Part shown: in pieces, positions 25,567-37,400 of the stretch | How positions within the stretch are numbered: the first letter of the stretch is position 1 | Layout of the letters: every line of letters begins with the position of its first letter | Source of the DNA: Hemiscyllium ocellatum | Taxonomy: Eukaryota | DNA: 64,000 bases | Direction of reading: 5' to 3' | Assembly: GCF_020745735.1 (NCBI RefSeq) | Contig: NC_083438.1 | Coordinates: forward strand, 24,572,068-24,636,067 | Position numbers and translations under genes: made by a program | Notes under the pieces: generated by a model | What the model was told of the DNA's origin: nothing | The model's database searches: none | What the model saw: only the letters and a program-made list of their open reading frames with translations

Positions 25567-26626
25567 AAACAATCTCGGTCTAAAGTCACCCAAGTAACAT
25601 GGCACCATTGAGGAAAAATATGTATGATTTATCGGCACTCCATATGACAGATTAATTAGACAAACCACAGTTCCCAAACCTCAGGAGGTTGGGTGGTAAA
25701 AAAAACCTGCACCTTCAACAAGAGGGACTTCAAAACCATTCAAGGCGTTGGGTCGTAAAAAAATTGCACCCTCAACAAGATGGACTCCACAACCATTGAA
25801 GGCTCCTTGGATAGCACCTTTCAAGGACCCGCCCTCCAATGCAAACAATCGTGCATGGGAACAACTGAAGCAAAGAAATTTAAAGCCATCCTAAAGTGGA
25901 AAGGATTGCCATTCCGATTGCTGAGGTTGAATCGAGAATTTTGATTGTTCCTACGCCACCCTTCCATCCAAGTCTCTTAATTGCATTGTATGATTATTCA
26001 AATTACATTATTGCAATAGTTCAAAAAGATTTTCAATGATACCTAATGCTTCCTGTCTTAAACTTGGGAAGCATGGTTACAGAACCACAGCACCTCTATT
26101 CACCAAGTAATACTCAAAGTCAATAATTGTGGCTGGATGTTGCATTCTTTGTTCAGTTCCACCTCAATATGATAATGCTTCAAATTCAGAAAGAAAAAAA
26201 GCTGTTTAATCTTGTAGGGCAGCGTGGTGCGGACTTCAGTTTTTGATTATATTAATATTATTTTAAAGATGAAAGAATTGCAGATTCTATAAGTCAGGAA
26301 CAAATACAGAAAATGCTGGAAAATCCGAGAAGGTCGAGCAGCATTCATGGAGAGTAATCAGAATGATTATTATGGGTCAATGTCCCGTCCTCAGTTCTAC
26401 CAGACTTGCTAAGTTTTTCCATTAATTTCTGTTTTATGTACCAAATAAATGTTCAGTGAGGGAATAAAAGCCTGAAGGCATGAGGCAAGAAAAATGAATT
26501 GAGCAAGTTACAGGAGCATACATTGTTATTTTTATTTTATGCCAGTCATGACAGCCTGTAACAAATTATCCTTATTCCTCACCTAAAATAAAAGGGGGTG
26601 CACAGTAACTTCATCAAATGTACTGA

Positions 26627-27543
26627 CTATCGACAGAAAATCAATTTGACAATTTCAACAAATTTACTCATTGGATATTTCACCATTTCCATGAGCTCCT
26701 GTCTGAATTTAGTCTGGGTCACTGCATAAATAAATGTATTTGTGCAGCAGCTCAAAAGCACAAGCATGTATCCAGTTTCTTGGAGGATATAAACGGGGTC
26801 ATTGTAGCCAGTGTAAGAATAGGCATTAACAATTCTATAATACATGTAATGGATTGTAAATATCAACCACAATAAGATAAAGTTGCCAGATATACTGAAG
26901 AGTAGAATTATTGACCGTCTCCTGTTCACCATCTCAGGATCAGGATTATTTTCAGATCTGGCATTAACACAAAGTTCTTTCCGAGCTTTGCTCACCACGA
27001 TTATATACCTCACAGTGAAAGCATTGAGCACCAAAACAACAAGAAATGGCAGAAAAGGAATTGTAATCTGGCCAAAATAAGAATATGTGATCCACACGAT
27101 TGAAGTATAAAAGCTTGATCTTATCCGGCAATACCAAGGCAAGTTGTTAATTATGTATAAAGGTTCAAATAAAAAGTAACAGGGAATGTTCTTCAAACAA
27201 CTAAGGGTAAACACCATCCCTACTACCGCCGCTGCTGTTTTCTGTGTACAAAATTTGGTCTTCAACTTGTGACAACAGATGGCTATAAAGCGATCTAAAG
27301 TAAATGCAACAGTAAACCATACAGAGCAGTCTCTTGTTATATAAACGAGGACACATTTTGTTCGACATACCGGAGTCAGCGATAGATAATTTCTGGGAAA
27401 GTAAATACCTATAATTCGATTGAGTATGACACTAGTGATAACAACTGATAGATCTGCTGCTGCCATCGCCATCAAGTAACAGATAATGCATTTCGAAAGG
27501 CCACATTTTCCCTGAGCAAGGATTGCAATCGCCAAAGTGTTAA
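26627..27543 (-). CDS. GPR139/GPR142-like GPCR paralogue B copy 1, exon 2 (328 aa spliced)
   Basis: Same motifs (MAAADL, TLDRFIAIC, PWYC, NTFIY); acceptor ctaaacag|TT AAC; TAG at 26627-26629; AATAAA at 26531-26536 on the minus strand. Confidence 0.92.
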
Positions 27544-28204
27544 CTGTTTAGAAACGAAAGTAAGTAAGAGGCCAAGAGAAAATAACAATTCGGTATCACC
27601 TAGAGATACTACTAGAAGTATTGAAGTCAACCATTTTGTTTTCACAATAGCTAATGCGCATAAATATCACTGAAGAACAGTGAATCCCAGTGAAAGCATG
27701 ATTTTTGTGATCAATAGCTTCAACCCACAAATCTGTTAATATTGCTTTATATACATTCATTTCTCAGTCAGCAATTCATGTTCGTGATCTAGCACCATTT
27801 CTGAACCAGAAAAGGTGAGAAAGGATACTTCCTTTCCAAAATGGATGCAAATGAAACAGAAATTTGTGAATGCATACAGTGAGGTGAGTGTTTCATTTTG
27901 ATTTTTGCTGAGTTACAAATCATCAACTGTCATGCTACAAGGTGAACCCACGTTCCCAAAACGTTAGCTGGCATTTAGTCCAGGGACATGACCATTGCAC
28001 TACTACCTGCCACCTGGATTTCCTTTACAGATTCGCAGAGGACACGTTTCCAATCATACTTTCTGCTAGAAGTCGGTAGTTGAAAAGCACTGCTTATAAA
28101 CTTGGATCAAATCATTGATATATTATTGACTATATAGCATTATACAAATCTCACATGCATACTCAACATGACTTGGCGGTGCCTGTGTTGGACTATGGTG
28201 AACA

Positions 28205-28379
28205 AAGTTAAAAATCACACAACACCTGGTTTATAATCCAAAGGGTTTATTTGGAAGCACTCATGTTTGGAGTGACTGTCCTTCATCAGATGGTTCCCTA
28301 ATGAAGGAGCTGCGTTCAAAATGCTAGTGTTTCCAAATAAGCCTGTTAGACTATAACTTGGTGTTTGAGATTTTTAACT
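28205..28379. repeat. Inverted-repeat (fold-back) element with degenerate hammerhead-like cores (copy 58051-58228)
   Basis: Arms agttaaaaatcacacaacacc...ccttcatcag and (c)taatgaagg...ggtgtttgagatttttaact. Confidence 0.7.
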
Positions 28380-28877
28380 AATTATCAATGTTAAGAGTCA
28401 TACAAAGTGGGCATTGCAGATTAAAACTACACATAGTAGCATAGTTTTGAACTGTGATATGAGCAACTTGCAAGGTTAATGAACAGATAAGGATTGGCAA
28501 ATCTTTGACACTAAATTGCATTAGTTAACTTATTTGTTTTCCCAGAAAATTGGCAATGCTTTCATGGTCATTATTAAACTTTAATTTTCAGATTATTGTT
28601 ACATTCCAATTCTGCCATCCACTCAGTCCGGGATTTGAACCCTGGTCTCTGATGAATAGACTAGTGATAATGCCAAAAGGTCATCGCCTCCCCTAATTTT
28701 GTTTGGCTTTATCAATGTGTCCTCCTCATTGTCCAAAAGTAGAAAGCATTTAATGAATCTGGCAGCAGTGAGAGAACGAGAAAGAAAACCAGACAAGTGA
28801 TGAAAAGCACATAAGCGAAAAATGGAGAAGAAATGTAACTATCATACCTGAGTCCATCAAGGAATTGTGTGGAACCT

Positions 28878-29032
28878 AAAGAGAAAATGCTGGAAAATCT
28901 CAGCCGGTCAGGCAGCATCTGTAAGGAGAGAAAAGAGCTGACATTTCGAGTCTAACTGACTTTTTATCAAAGCTCTTTTCTCTCCTTACAGATGTTGCCA
29001 GACCTGCTGAGATCTTCCAGCATGTTCTCTTT
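28878..29032. repeat. 62-bp-arm hairpin enclosing a hammerhead-like 31-nt loop, in the B intron (copy 58727-58881)
   Basis: Arms 28878-28939 and 28971-29032 with 5 mismatches. Confidence 0.9.
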
Positions 29033-29420
29033 TGGTTTTAGATTCCAGCATCCGCAGTAATTTGCTTTTATCAAGGATTGTGTGATATGTTTGAAAATAA
29101 TATGAAAGGTTAAAATGATTGACATATAAAATAATCATATAAATATGTAATGCTAAAGAAAATGTGCGCGATGTACAATATTTTTCTGGATTAATTTAAC
29201 ATTTGTTTTGAAATAGACGGAAGTCAAGCGTTAGCATGGAAAACACAACCAGAACACCCTTTGATCAGAATGATCTTTTATGCATCACCTCCCTAAAAGA
29301 GGACGCTAGATCAAAATTTGCGTTCTTTGGAGCTTTAACCTCTAAAAATAAAACAAAAACACTGTTTACCCGAGTCACTATTTATTTGAGAATGAAATTC
29401 ACTTTATTCGCAGAATCCCT

Positions 29421-29742
29421 ACCATTCAGCCCAACAGGTCCATACCAACCATTCAAAGAGTGACCCACCCAGACCCATTCCAAAACATTACTACTCTATG
29501 TTCACCCCTGACCATCGCACCTAACTTACACATCCTTGAACACTATGGGACAATTTACCATGGTCAACTCACCTACCTTGCACATCTTTGTGACTGTGGG
29601 AGGAAACTGAAGCACCCGGAGGGAACCCCGCAGACACGGGGAGAATATGCAAACACCACGCACACAGTCGCCTGAGGCTGGAATCAAACCTAGGTTGCTG
29701 GTGTTATGAGGCAGCAATGCTAACTACTGTACCTTCATGCCA
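29421..29742 (-). mobile_element. Older HE1/V-SINE-like SINE in the B intron (copy 59270-59608)
   Basis: Diverged reverse-complement match to the SINE core. Confidence 0.8.
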
Positions 29743-29896
29743 TCTACAATTTACTGCAGGACAGTTGAGAAAGTATATGTCAAGTAATTCACTGTAATTG
29801 AAATTACCCACATTTTAATGAAACCCGGCAGACGCTCAATAAGTCTAATGAGATCGTACCATGCAAATTTATACAATTCTCAAGATTGCAATTTAC

Positions 29897-29966
29897 CTGG
29901 GATACCCAGAACGGCAAGAATTGGGTAGTAAATTGCATACACCAGACCAGGTGGTGGCTCATGCAT
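29897..29966 (-). CDS. GPCR B copy 1 exon 1, MHEPPPGLVYAIYYPILAVLGIP(V)
   Basis: ATG...CCA G|gtaaat; phase 1; 2353-nt intron to 27543; ATATAAAG about 55 nt upstream. Confidence 0.9.
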
Positions 29967-30021
29967 ATTCAGTCAGAAGTGATAGTTTCTCAGCATTTCC
30001 AAACCAATTCGGTGGTGGCGT

Positions 30022-30110
30022 CTTTATATTGAGGTGAAAACCCCTCCGGGACTCCATTATGTAATGTATTTGCTTGTGTCAGGAACATTCATTGTTAACT
30101 ATTATTGGGA
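30022..30110 (-). promoter_or_regulatory. Putative core promoter of GPCR B: ATATAAAG and CCAAT box (copy 2 ~59886-59974)
   Basis: ATATAAAG at 30022-30029; AATGCTCCCAAT block at 30104-30115 also found at 1909 and 9697. Confidence 0.6.
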
Positions 30111-30132
30111 GCATTGCTTTCATCTTTCTCCT

Positions 30133-30197
30133 GAATTGAACTCGGCTCTCTAGCGCTGTGAGGCAGCAGTGCTAACCACTGTGCCACCGTGCCGCCC
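30133..30197 (-). mobile_element. SINE 5' head fragment next to the B promoter (copy 59997-60061)
   Basis: gctgtgaggcagcagtgctaaccactgtgccaccgtgccgccc is the reverse complement of the SINE tRNA head. Confidence 0.85.
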
Positions 30198-32170
30198 ACA
30201 GTGTGGGAATTGGTTGTGTAACTTCAGGTCGTCATCGGCAAGATTAATGTTGGAACTGCGAAATAGACTCAGATCACAAGCTCTTAGTTCAAACGAAATC
30301 AGTAGTGTACCTCAAATGCTGCTTCACAGAGGAATGCCCACTCTGCCGGTATGTCCATTTCCTTCCCTGTCAGAGCCTATTTCTCTGCCTTTTCCTATTT
30401 TCCTAAATCTTTTCTGCAAACGGTAATGGACATATTTTGGTGGCAAAACCACCAATGATCACTGACTCATCCCATTAAACATCAAACGGAATTGCCAACT
30501 GAAGAGAGGAGCAATTGCACAATGGATTCGAATTGTTTCCTTTCTCAATTTCATGCTTCTTTTGAGTTACCACAGAGTCTAGGTACACCATTGGAGTTTC
30601 TGGCAAGATGACCATGTAGTAGGGCATCTGAGCCTGAGGCTTGCTCTCTTCATCTGTTGTTTTAAAATTTTCTCTTCTCTTCTTTCTCTTTTTTTTCTTC
30701 TTTGCTTCATCATCCATTCTACTTAGGTCTTGTTGAAGAGCTCAGTCATGACCATGTCATCGGAGGTAGCGAATCAGCCTAGCAGAGATGTGAATGAGCT
30801 CTGCAGCGTGGACTTGAGTGCGTCATGCGCGGGTCGAGTGCGGACTCGTTGTGACAGTGTCGGAGGTGAGTTTGTGTCCTTGGCGGTATCTCCATCGACA
30901 ACGAGGCCCGCGCTCCAACTCAATGCTAGTGCAGCAGAAGCCAGCTTGTGTGCCCGGCAGAGTCTGCATCCAATGCAGATTCACAGAGGTGATGGCAACA
31001 AGCTTCAACCCAGAAGAAAACCCGGGAGAATCAGCAGCAGCTGTATCAGCGAGTTGGGCAGGAAGTAGATTTATGACAAAAATGGAATTGAGTTTGGACC
31101 TTCATAGTACACGGTAGCATCGGTGACTTCTGCAATGGCGAGGTCCATCGAGGATGTTGTGATATTACTGAAAAAGTATCTATCAAGAAAGCATTATTGG
31201 CATATAAAATTATTTTTATCAAGATGCACATGCACGTATTGATGAAATTACATAATTGAAATTATATGTTTTTTTTATTTGCGTTATATTTTGTTCATGG
31301 GGTAGTACGGTGGTACTGTGGTTAGCACTGCTGCCTCACAGCTCCAGAGACCCGGGCTCAATTCTCGCCTCAAGAAACTGTCTGTGTGGAGTTTGCACAT
31401 TCTCCCTGTGTCCGCATGGGTTTCCTCCCACAGTCTAAAAATGTGTAGGTTTGGTGAATTGGCCAGGCTAGAATTGCCCGTAGTGTTAGGTGAAGGGGTA
31501 AACGTAGGGGAATGGGTCGGGGTGGATTGCTCTTCGGAAGGTTGGTGTGGACTTGTTCGGCCTGTAAGTAATCTAATCTAAAATTAAATGCACAGCAATA
31601 AAGGTTTAGGATGGAAAACAAGTCAAGAGTAAACTTGGATCACAATTGCTCGCTGATGTGGGGAGAATGTGATGTGTACAATTTCTCATCTCCACACATC
31701 AGGTCACTGGATCACAATCTGTACTCTTTGGAAATTTGAAACAACGCAGGTCAATATTCAAATCTGTAAATAAATCTGTTTAACCAAATTGGCAGTTGAA
31801 ATCATTTTGGGGAATGGGTTTGAAGAAGAAAACAGTTACATGTTGTGGGAAAAAATATCAACATTTTCTTGAGCTATCAAATGAGATACATACCGTGCAG
31901 CATGCTTCTTTAGCTACTGAGTCAGTACAACGGATTGTGTAATGCTTTACAATCTGCATTAAAGCAGATGAATATTGCTTGTAGTTAAAGCAGTGTAACA
32001 CGAGACTCCTGGAGTGTAATGGAATCACTTATTGTCACTGCGAGCCGAGTTTGAAGTCCCACTTATTCAGGCTGTAATAATGTGTCTGAGCAAGTTTTAT
32101 TTTAAATATATGTTTTTACAAAAGCAATATAATAGCAAAACAAGATTTTGACTGGCAACATTCTAACTAT

Positions 32171-32233
32171 CTGGGATACCCCCAGCAGCAACAAATTGAT
32201 AGTAAATTGCAGAAGAGATGGTGGCTCATGTAT
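32171..32233 (-). pseudogene. Dead exon-1 cassette psi1, unit 2
   Basis: Same three lesions as 1709-1771. Confidence 0.85.
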
Positions 32234-33578
32234 GTTGTTTCACAAATAATAATCTCTCTGCAACTTCAAACCAATCAAATGATGCAGCCTTTATATATAT
32301 ATTACAAAATGCCACACAAACACTATTCGGTTACAGCTTTCATAGTGCCAGTAAAATTCCTGTTTTACAGTGATTGGTAGCATTGTTTTCCTTCTATTCC
32401 TTGAAATGAATTATCACAATGTCATCAAACAAAGGAAATGAACCAAAAGATTTCTTTGGAAAGAGGCAACCTATTTATTTCTTCACACTCTAGAGTTAAC
32501 AGAAGTAAACTTTGTAAATGGCGTGATACGTTTTGAAAAAAATGTCTGTCCCCTGTTTATAAGATCCTTGGTTAAGTCCACGCTCCACTGAGGAACACAT
32601 TATCTTTCATCACTGTTACCAGTCCAAATGTATAGACTTGAACGCAGTTCTTTCTTTTAAAGCATGGAGTAAATGACAAGGACTTACCTATTACAAATGA
32701 TAAATGCAATTTGACAATTCAGATTTTGGCATGTTTGCCTTATTGACAACTCGCATTGCAGTTTCTGCATTTGTCATAATTCTTCAACGATTCAACCAAT
32801 CTGTGCCTGTTTTGGAGGGCAAATTAGGATCGGAAATATATTTTTCCTTTTCCAACTCTGCGGATATGAAGCTCTCAATATAATAACAGATGTTAAATGA
32901 TCACGTGACGTTTGCTAAATTTAAACTAAAACATGCTTCTATGATCTTATGGCGCTTAATACGTTTTGAATGGGACTATGGAATGTTGAATGATGACGCC
33001 CCAAATTTCTGTTGGTATTGGAATATAAGGACAGCATGCAGGTACAGTAAATATCAAACTGAGCAACTTTGGTCCTGATTGATAAAGATTTTGAATATAA
33101 GCATCAATATGAGTTGTTGTGATCATGGCTTTACCGCATCAACACTTAAAATAACCCGCACAGGTGTACAATCCAATGGGAGCATGGATGCATTGACATA
33201 ATTATTGTGAATGCAAGTACTGATGTCACTTGTGGAATGTATTTGGTGGAGAAGTTACATTTTATCTGAGAGATAGTGGATTGTCAGGAAACTAGAGTGG
33301 ATCGTCTGAAGCACGAAGACATATGAGCAAAGCTGCCGTGATGAGAACTGATTGTTTGGCTCCAGAATGTAGAATTGCAATTTGTTTTGGGGCAACAGAG
33401 AATCTCAGAGTCAGAGTTGGTCAATGTCAAAATCTCTTTATCCAGAACATGCAGGTGAAATATCTAAACTCTTCAATCCTTCCCTTTCAAGGTCTTCCTC
33501 TTTCTCTTAACCGCCCCCTCTTGCTTTCTCTGAAAAATGGACAACACGCACAACAACCTCATAAAGTGTGCTCACCAA

Positions 33579-34477
33579 CTAAGAATTAGTTACAATTTTA
33601 CTCACTGGACATTTCACTATTTTCATTAACTCCTGTCTGAATTTCGCCTGAGTTACTGCATAAATGAATGTATTAGTGCAGCAACTCAAAAGCACTAGCA
33701 TGTATCCACTTTCTTGAAGGATATATATGGGGTCATTGTAACCCGTATAAGAATAAGCATTAGCAACTCTAAAATACACATAATGGATTGCGAATGTCAA
33801 CCATAATAACGGAAAATTGCCAGATATACTGAAGAGTAAAATTATAGACTTTCTTCTGTTCTTCATCTCGGAATCAAACTTATTTTCAGCTCTGGTGTTA
33901 ACACAAAGTGCTTTACGAACTTTGCTCACCACTATTATATATCTCACAGTGAGAGTATTCAGCACCAAAACGATAAAACATGGCAGAAATGGAGTTGCAA
34001 TATGACCAAAATAAGAAAATGCGAGCCACAGGGGTGAAATATAAAAGATTGATCTTATCTGGCAATACCAAGGAAAGTTGTTAATTATGTACATCGGTTC
34101 ATACACAAAGTACCAGGGAATGTTCATAACACAACTCAGAGTGAGTACCATCCCTACGACCAGAGTTGCAATTTGCTTTGTGCAATAGTGGGTCTTCAGT
34201 TTTTGAAAACAGATAGCTATAAACCGGTCAAAAGTGAATGCCACAGTAAACCACACAGAGCAGTCCCTTGTTAAATAAACCAAGGCACTTTTGGTTCGAC
34301 ACAGCGGAGTCAGAGATAGATAATTTTGTGGAAAGTAAATTCCAATTATCCGATTGAGTATCACGCTAGTAATGACAACCGAGAGGTCCATTGCAGCCAT
34401 AGCCATCAGATAGTAAGTGATACATTTAGAAAGACCACACCTTCTCTGGGCTAAAACCGCAATTGCCATGATGTTAC
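33579..34477 (-). CDS. GPCR paralogue A copy 2, exon 2 (about 322 aa spliced)
   Basis: Open frame with full TM4 (LVVGMVLTL); acceptor ccaacag|GT at 34478/34477. Confidence 0.9.
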
Positions 34478-37400
34478 CTGTTGGAAAAGTAAACAGATGA
34501 GACACTTGATTAGCTAAGTGCTAAGAAAAGTAAACTTTTTTTCAATCAATACACATTAGTTTCATTGTATGTTTATTGCAGGCCTTACAGAATCGTAAAA
34601 TCTGGGTAGGGTAGGCTTTCTCAGACACCAAGCGATGTGCAAACAATATTAGACAGACAATCTTCAATGTCTGGGTATCTATATTCTACTTCAAATGGTG
34701 ATCATATTCTTTTAACTGGAAGATCAACTATGTGCAAACTGTTTGGATTCCAATTGCCCTGATCTACATTTCTACTACAATAAATTTCATGAAACCGAAT
34801 AATCATGAATCACAGAAGGACAGGAGCATCGAAGGGAACCATTCATCCAATTGTGCCTGCACCAAACCTTAAATGTACATGCTGACTTAGAGTCAGTCTC
34901 TTGTTTCCACTCCCTTGCCATGAACTTGCACAATGATTCTATTTTTATAATCATGTCGCACCATCCTTACTGTGTCAATTGAAGCTTCCTCCAAACCACT
35001 TTCAGACTTTGCGTTCCAAGATAGTATGGTTGATGTTATTTCTGGAAGCTGGCTGTCGCTACATCACCGCTGTGCTCATGTTATGCTGAAACACCTCCTG
35101 ACAAATAAAAATGTTTCCAAACTACATGCATGCAACCTGTGATTCTGAAAGTTGTTACGGTATTTTTTCTTAAAAATGTAATCATAAGAAAGTCGTGAAT
35201 TGTTAGAAGTCATAAGGAGAAGCATCAGAATTGGGCATGATTCTGGTAGATCCGGGCCTTCGCATGAAACTTGCAAACCTTTTTCATGATATTATAGGTT
35301 TGGTACCACAAATCAATTTGAATAATTAACTTCTACATAGCTAGCACTCTAAACACAAATGGGTTCGTTAAGACACGACGTGCATTTCACTGGAAAAACG
35401 TTTGAGAGTAATGAACTATTAAGATGGAAATTTCCAATAAACGCAGAAAGGGTGAAGCAGGTTGAACAGCAGTGTCCATCGAGTCTGGCAATGCAAGTGA
35501 ACCATTGAGTAAGTCTAACTATCTAAATGGGCTGAATTCAATTAATTAGAATTGTTTGTGGCTTTAGCCATACAGTTGAATGACAACAGGTATTGACTGA
35601 CCTGAAGAAAATTGTGCGCATCACTGAATATTCCAAAATGCAATTGAAATCAAAATACTGCAGCTGTTAGAAATCTGAAACCAACTGGGAAAATGCAAGA
35701 GACATTCTTGCAATCTGGTTTTAGAACGAATTATTTTGATGACGATAGTGCACATCTGATTATAATGGATGACTTTGTATATGATGACTTTCCTTTTGAA
35801 ATTAAACAATAAAGTCATAATTTGTGTCACTAAACATTATCAGTGACTTCACAGGCCAAGAGCACGCAGTTAGGGCGGCAGAGTGGCTCAGTGGTTAGCA
35901 GCTGCCTCACAGTATCAGGGTCCCGGGTTCAAGTTCAGCCTCGGGCAACTGTCTGACTGGAGTTTGCACTTGTGACTGCCTGGGTTTTCTCCGGGTACTC
36001 CAGATTCCTCCTACAGTCCGCAGATGTGCAGGTCAGATGAATTGGCAATGTTAAGTTGCCCATAGTGTTAGGTACATTAATCAGAGGGAGATGGGTCTGG
36101 GTGGATTGCTCTTTGGAGGGTCAGTGTGGACTTGTTGGGCTGAAGGGCCTGTTTCCACACTGTAGGGAATCTAATTCAGTGGCACTGAATAACAGATTTA
36201 TCGAATAGGTGCCTTTGTGATTCAGCTGGTCAACAACCTGAGAAATACTGACTTCAGCATGAGTCTTTAGTATGACCAGAGCTGTTAAAGAAATGCACAC
36301 CTATATTGAAGCAAATATTTAAAGTTTCATTTTGTCAATATTCAGAATGTTTCGCAGATGTCAAACTAATAGCTAATATCAGCATTTAGACAAGTTGTAC
36401 ATTGAAGATTAACAGGTTTACACAATAAATGCAATTGGAATTTAATGAAAATAACTTTCAAATTTGGGGTGTTGCTGTCTAGGAAATATCGATCAGATGG
36501 AATGAAACTTGGCTGGTTCAATGCTTTCCGTTCATTGGTTTTCCTTCACCATGTAGTTGATGTTTATCATCCATAAGAAACTGAGTAAACTTCACTGACT
36601 GAAACATACTATCATTTTAAGTCAGATTCTCATTACTCACTGAAGTTTTGGAATGACAACAAAGTGTCACTCTTCTAAATACAAGGGTTTCATTATTTTT
36701 CGCAAAATCACAGAATTTCCTTCTTTATTAACACAAGGTTGACAGGATATCTGACTGAGGTATTTGCACTTATTCTTAATGGCTATTTCTCTCAAATAAA
36801 TTAGTTTCATCTACAGGTAAATAATTATGTACCTTTGACACATAACCCTATCTCTCCATTTATCTCACAACCCTGGAGGCTTCCTGCCTCCATTCCTGAT
36901 GAAGGGCTTTTTCCCGAAACGTTGATTTCCCTGCTCATCGGATGCTGCCTAACCTGCTGTGCTTTTCCAGCACCACTCTGATCTAAACACTGGTTTCCAA
37001 CATCTGCAGTCCTCAATTTTGCTTATGTAACCCTGTGAGTTCATGCCCGAATCCACTTACGGACAGAAATATAGAAAATAGTCAGGCCTCAGTTATTTGG
37101 TTCTTCGAGATTCCTGCTCCATTGAACACGATCATGACCAATTGTCCAATTCAGGAACTTTTGTTCTTCCCTCTGTATCAATGCGTTTTTATCTCTTTAA
37201 TTCTCAGAGCTTTATATCGAAATCTTTCTTGAAAACAATTAACGTTTTGGCTTCAACCACTTTCCGTGGCAACGAATTCCATAGACTCGTCACTCAATTG
37301 TTCAATGCAAATACATGGTTTTATGAGTGACAGTTAAAACTAGAAATAAACTTCCTTGTCCTTGTCCATTGCATTCACTGAGATAATCCTTTGTAATGTG

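Noticed and set aside
3123-27543. Assigning the symbol GPR139 or GPR142
   Set aside because: Similarity is family-level only; multi-copy divergent paralogues cannot be called orthologues without a phylogeny
30730-31068. 112-aa plus-strand ORF (also 60600-60938)
   Set aside because: TTG start, frameshifted in unit 1, no recognisable motifs
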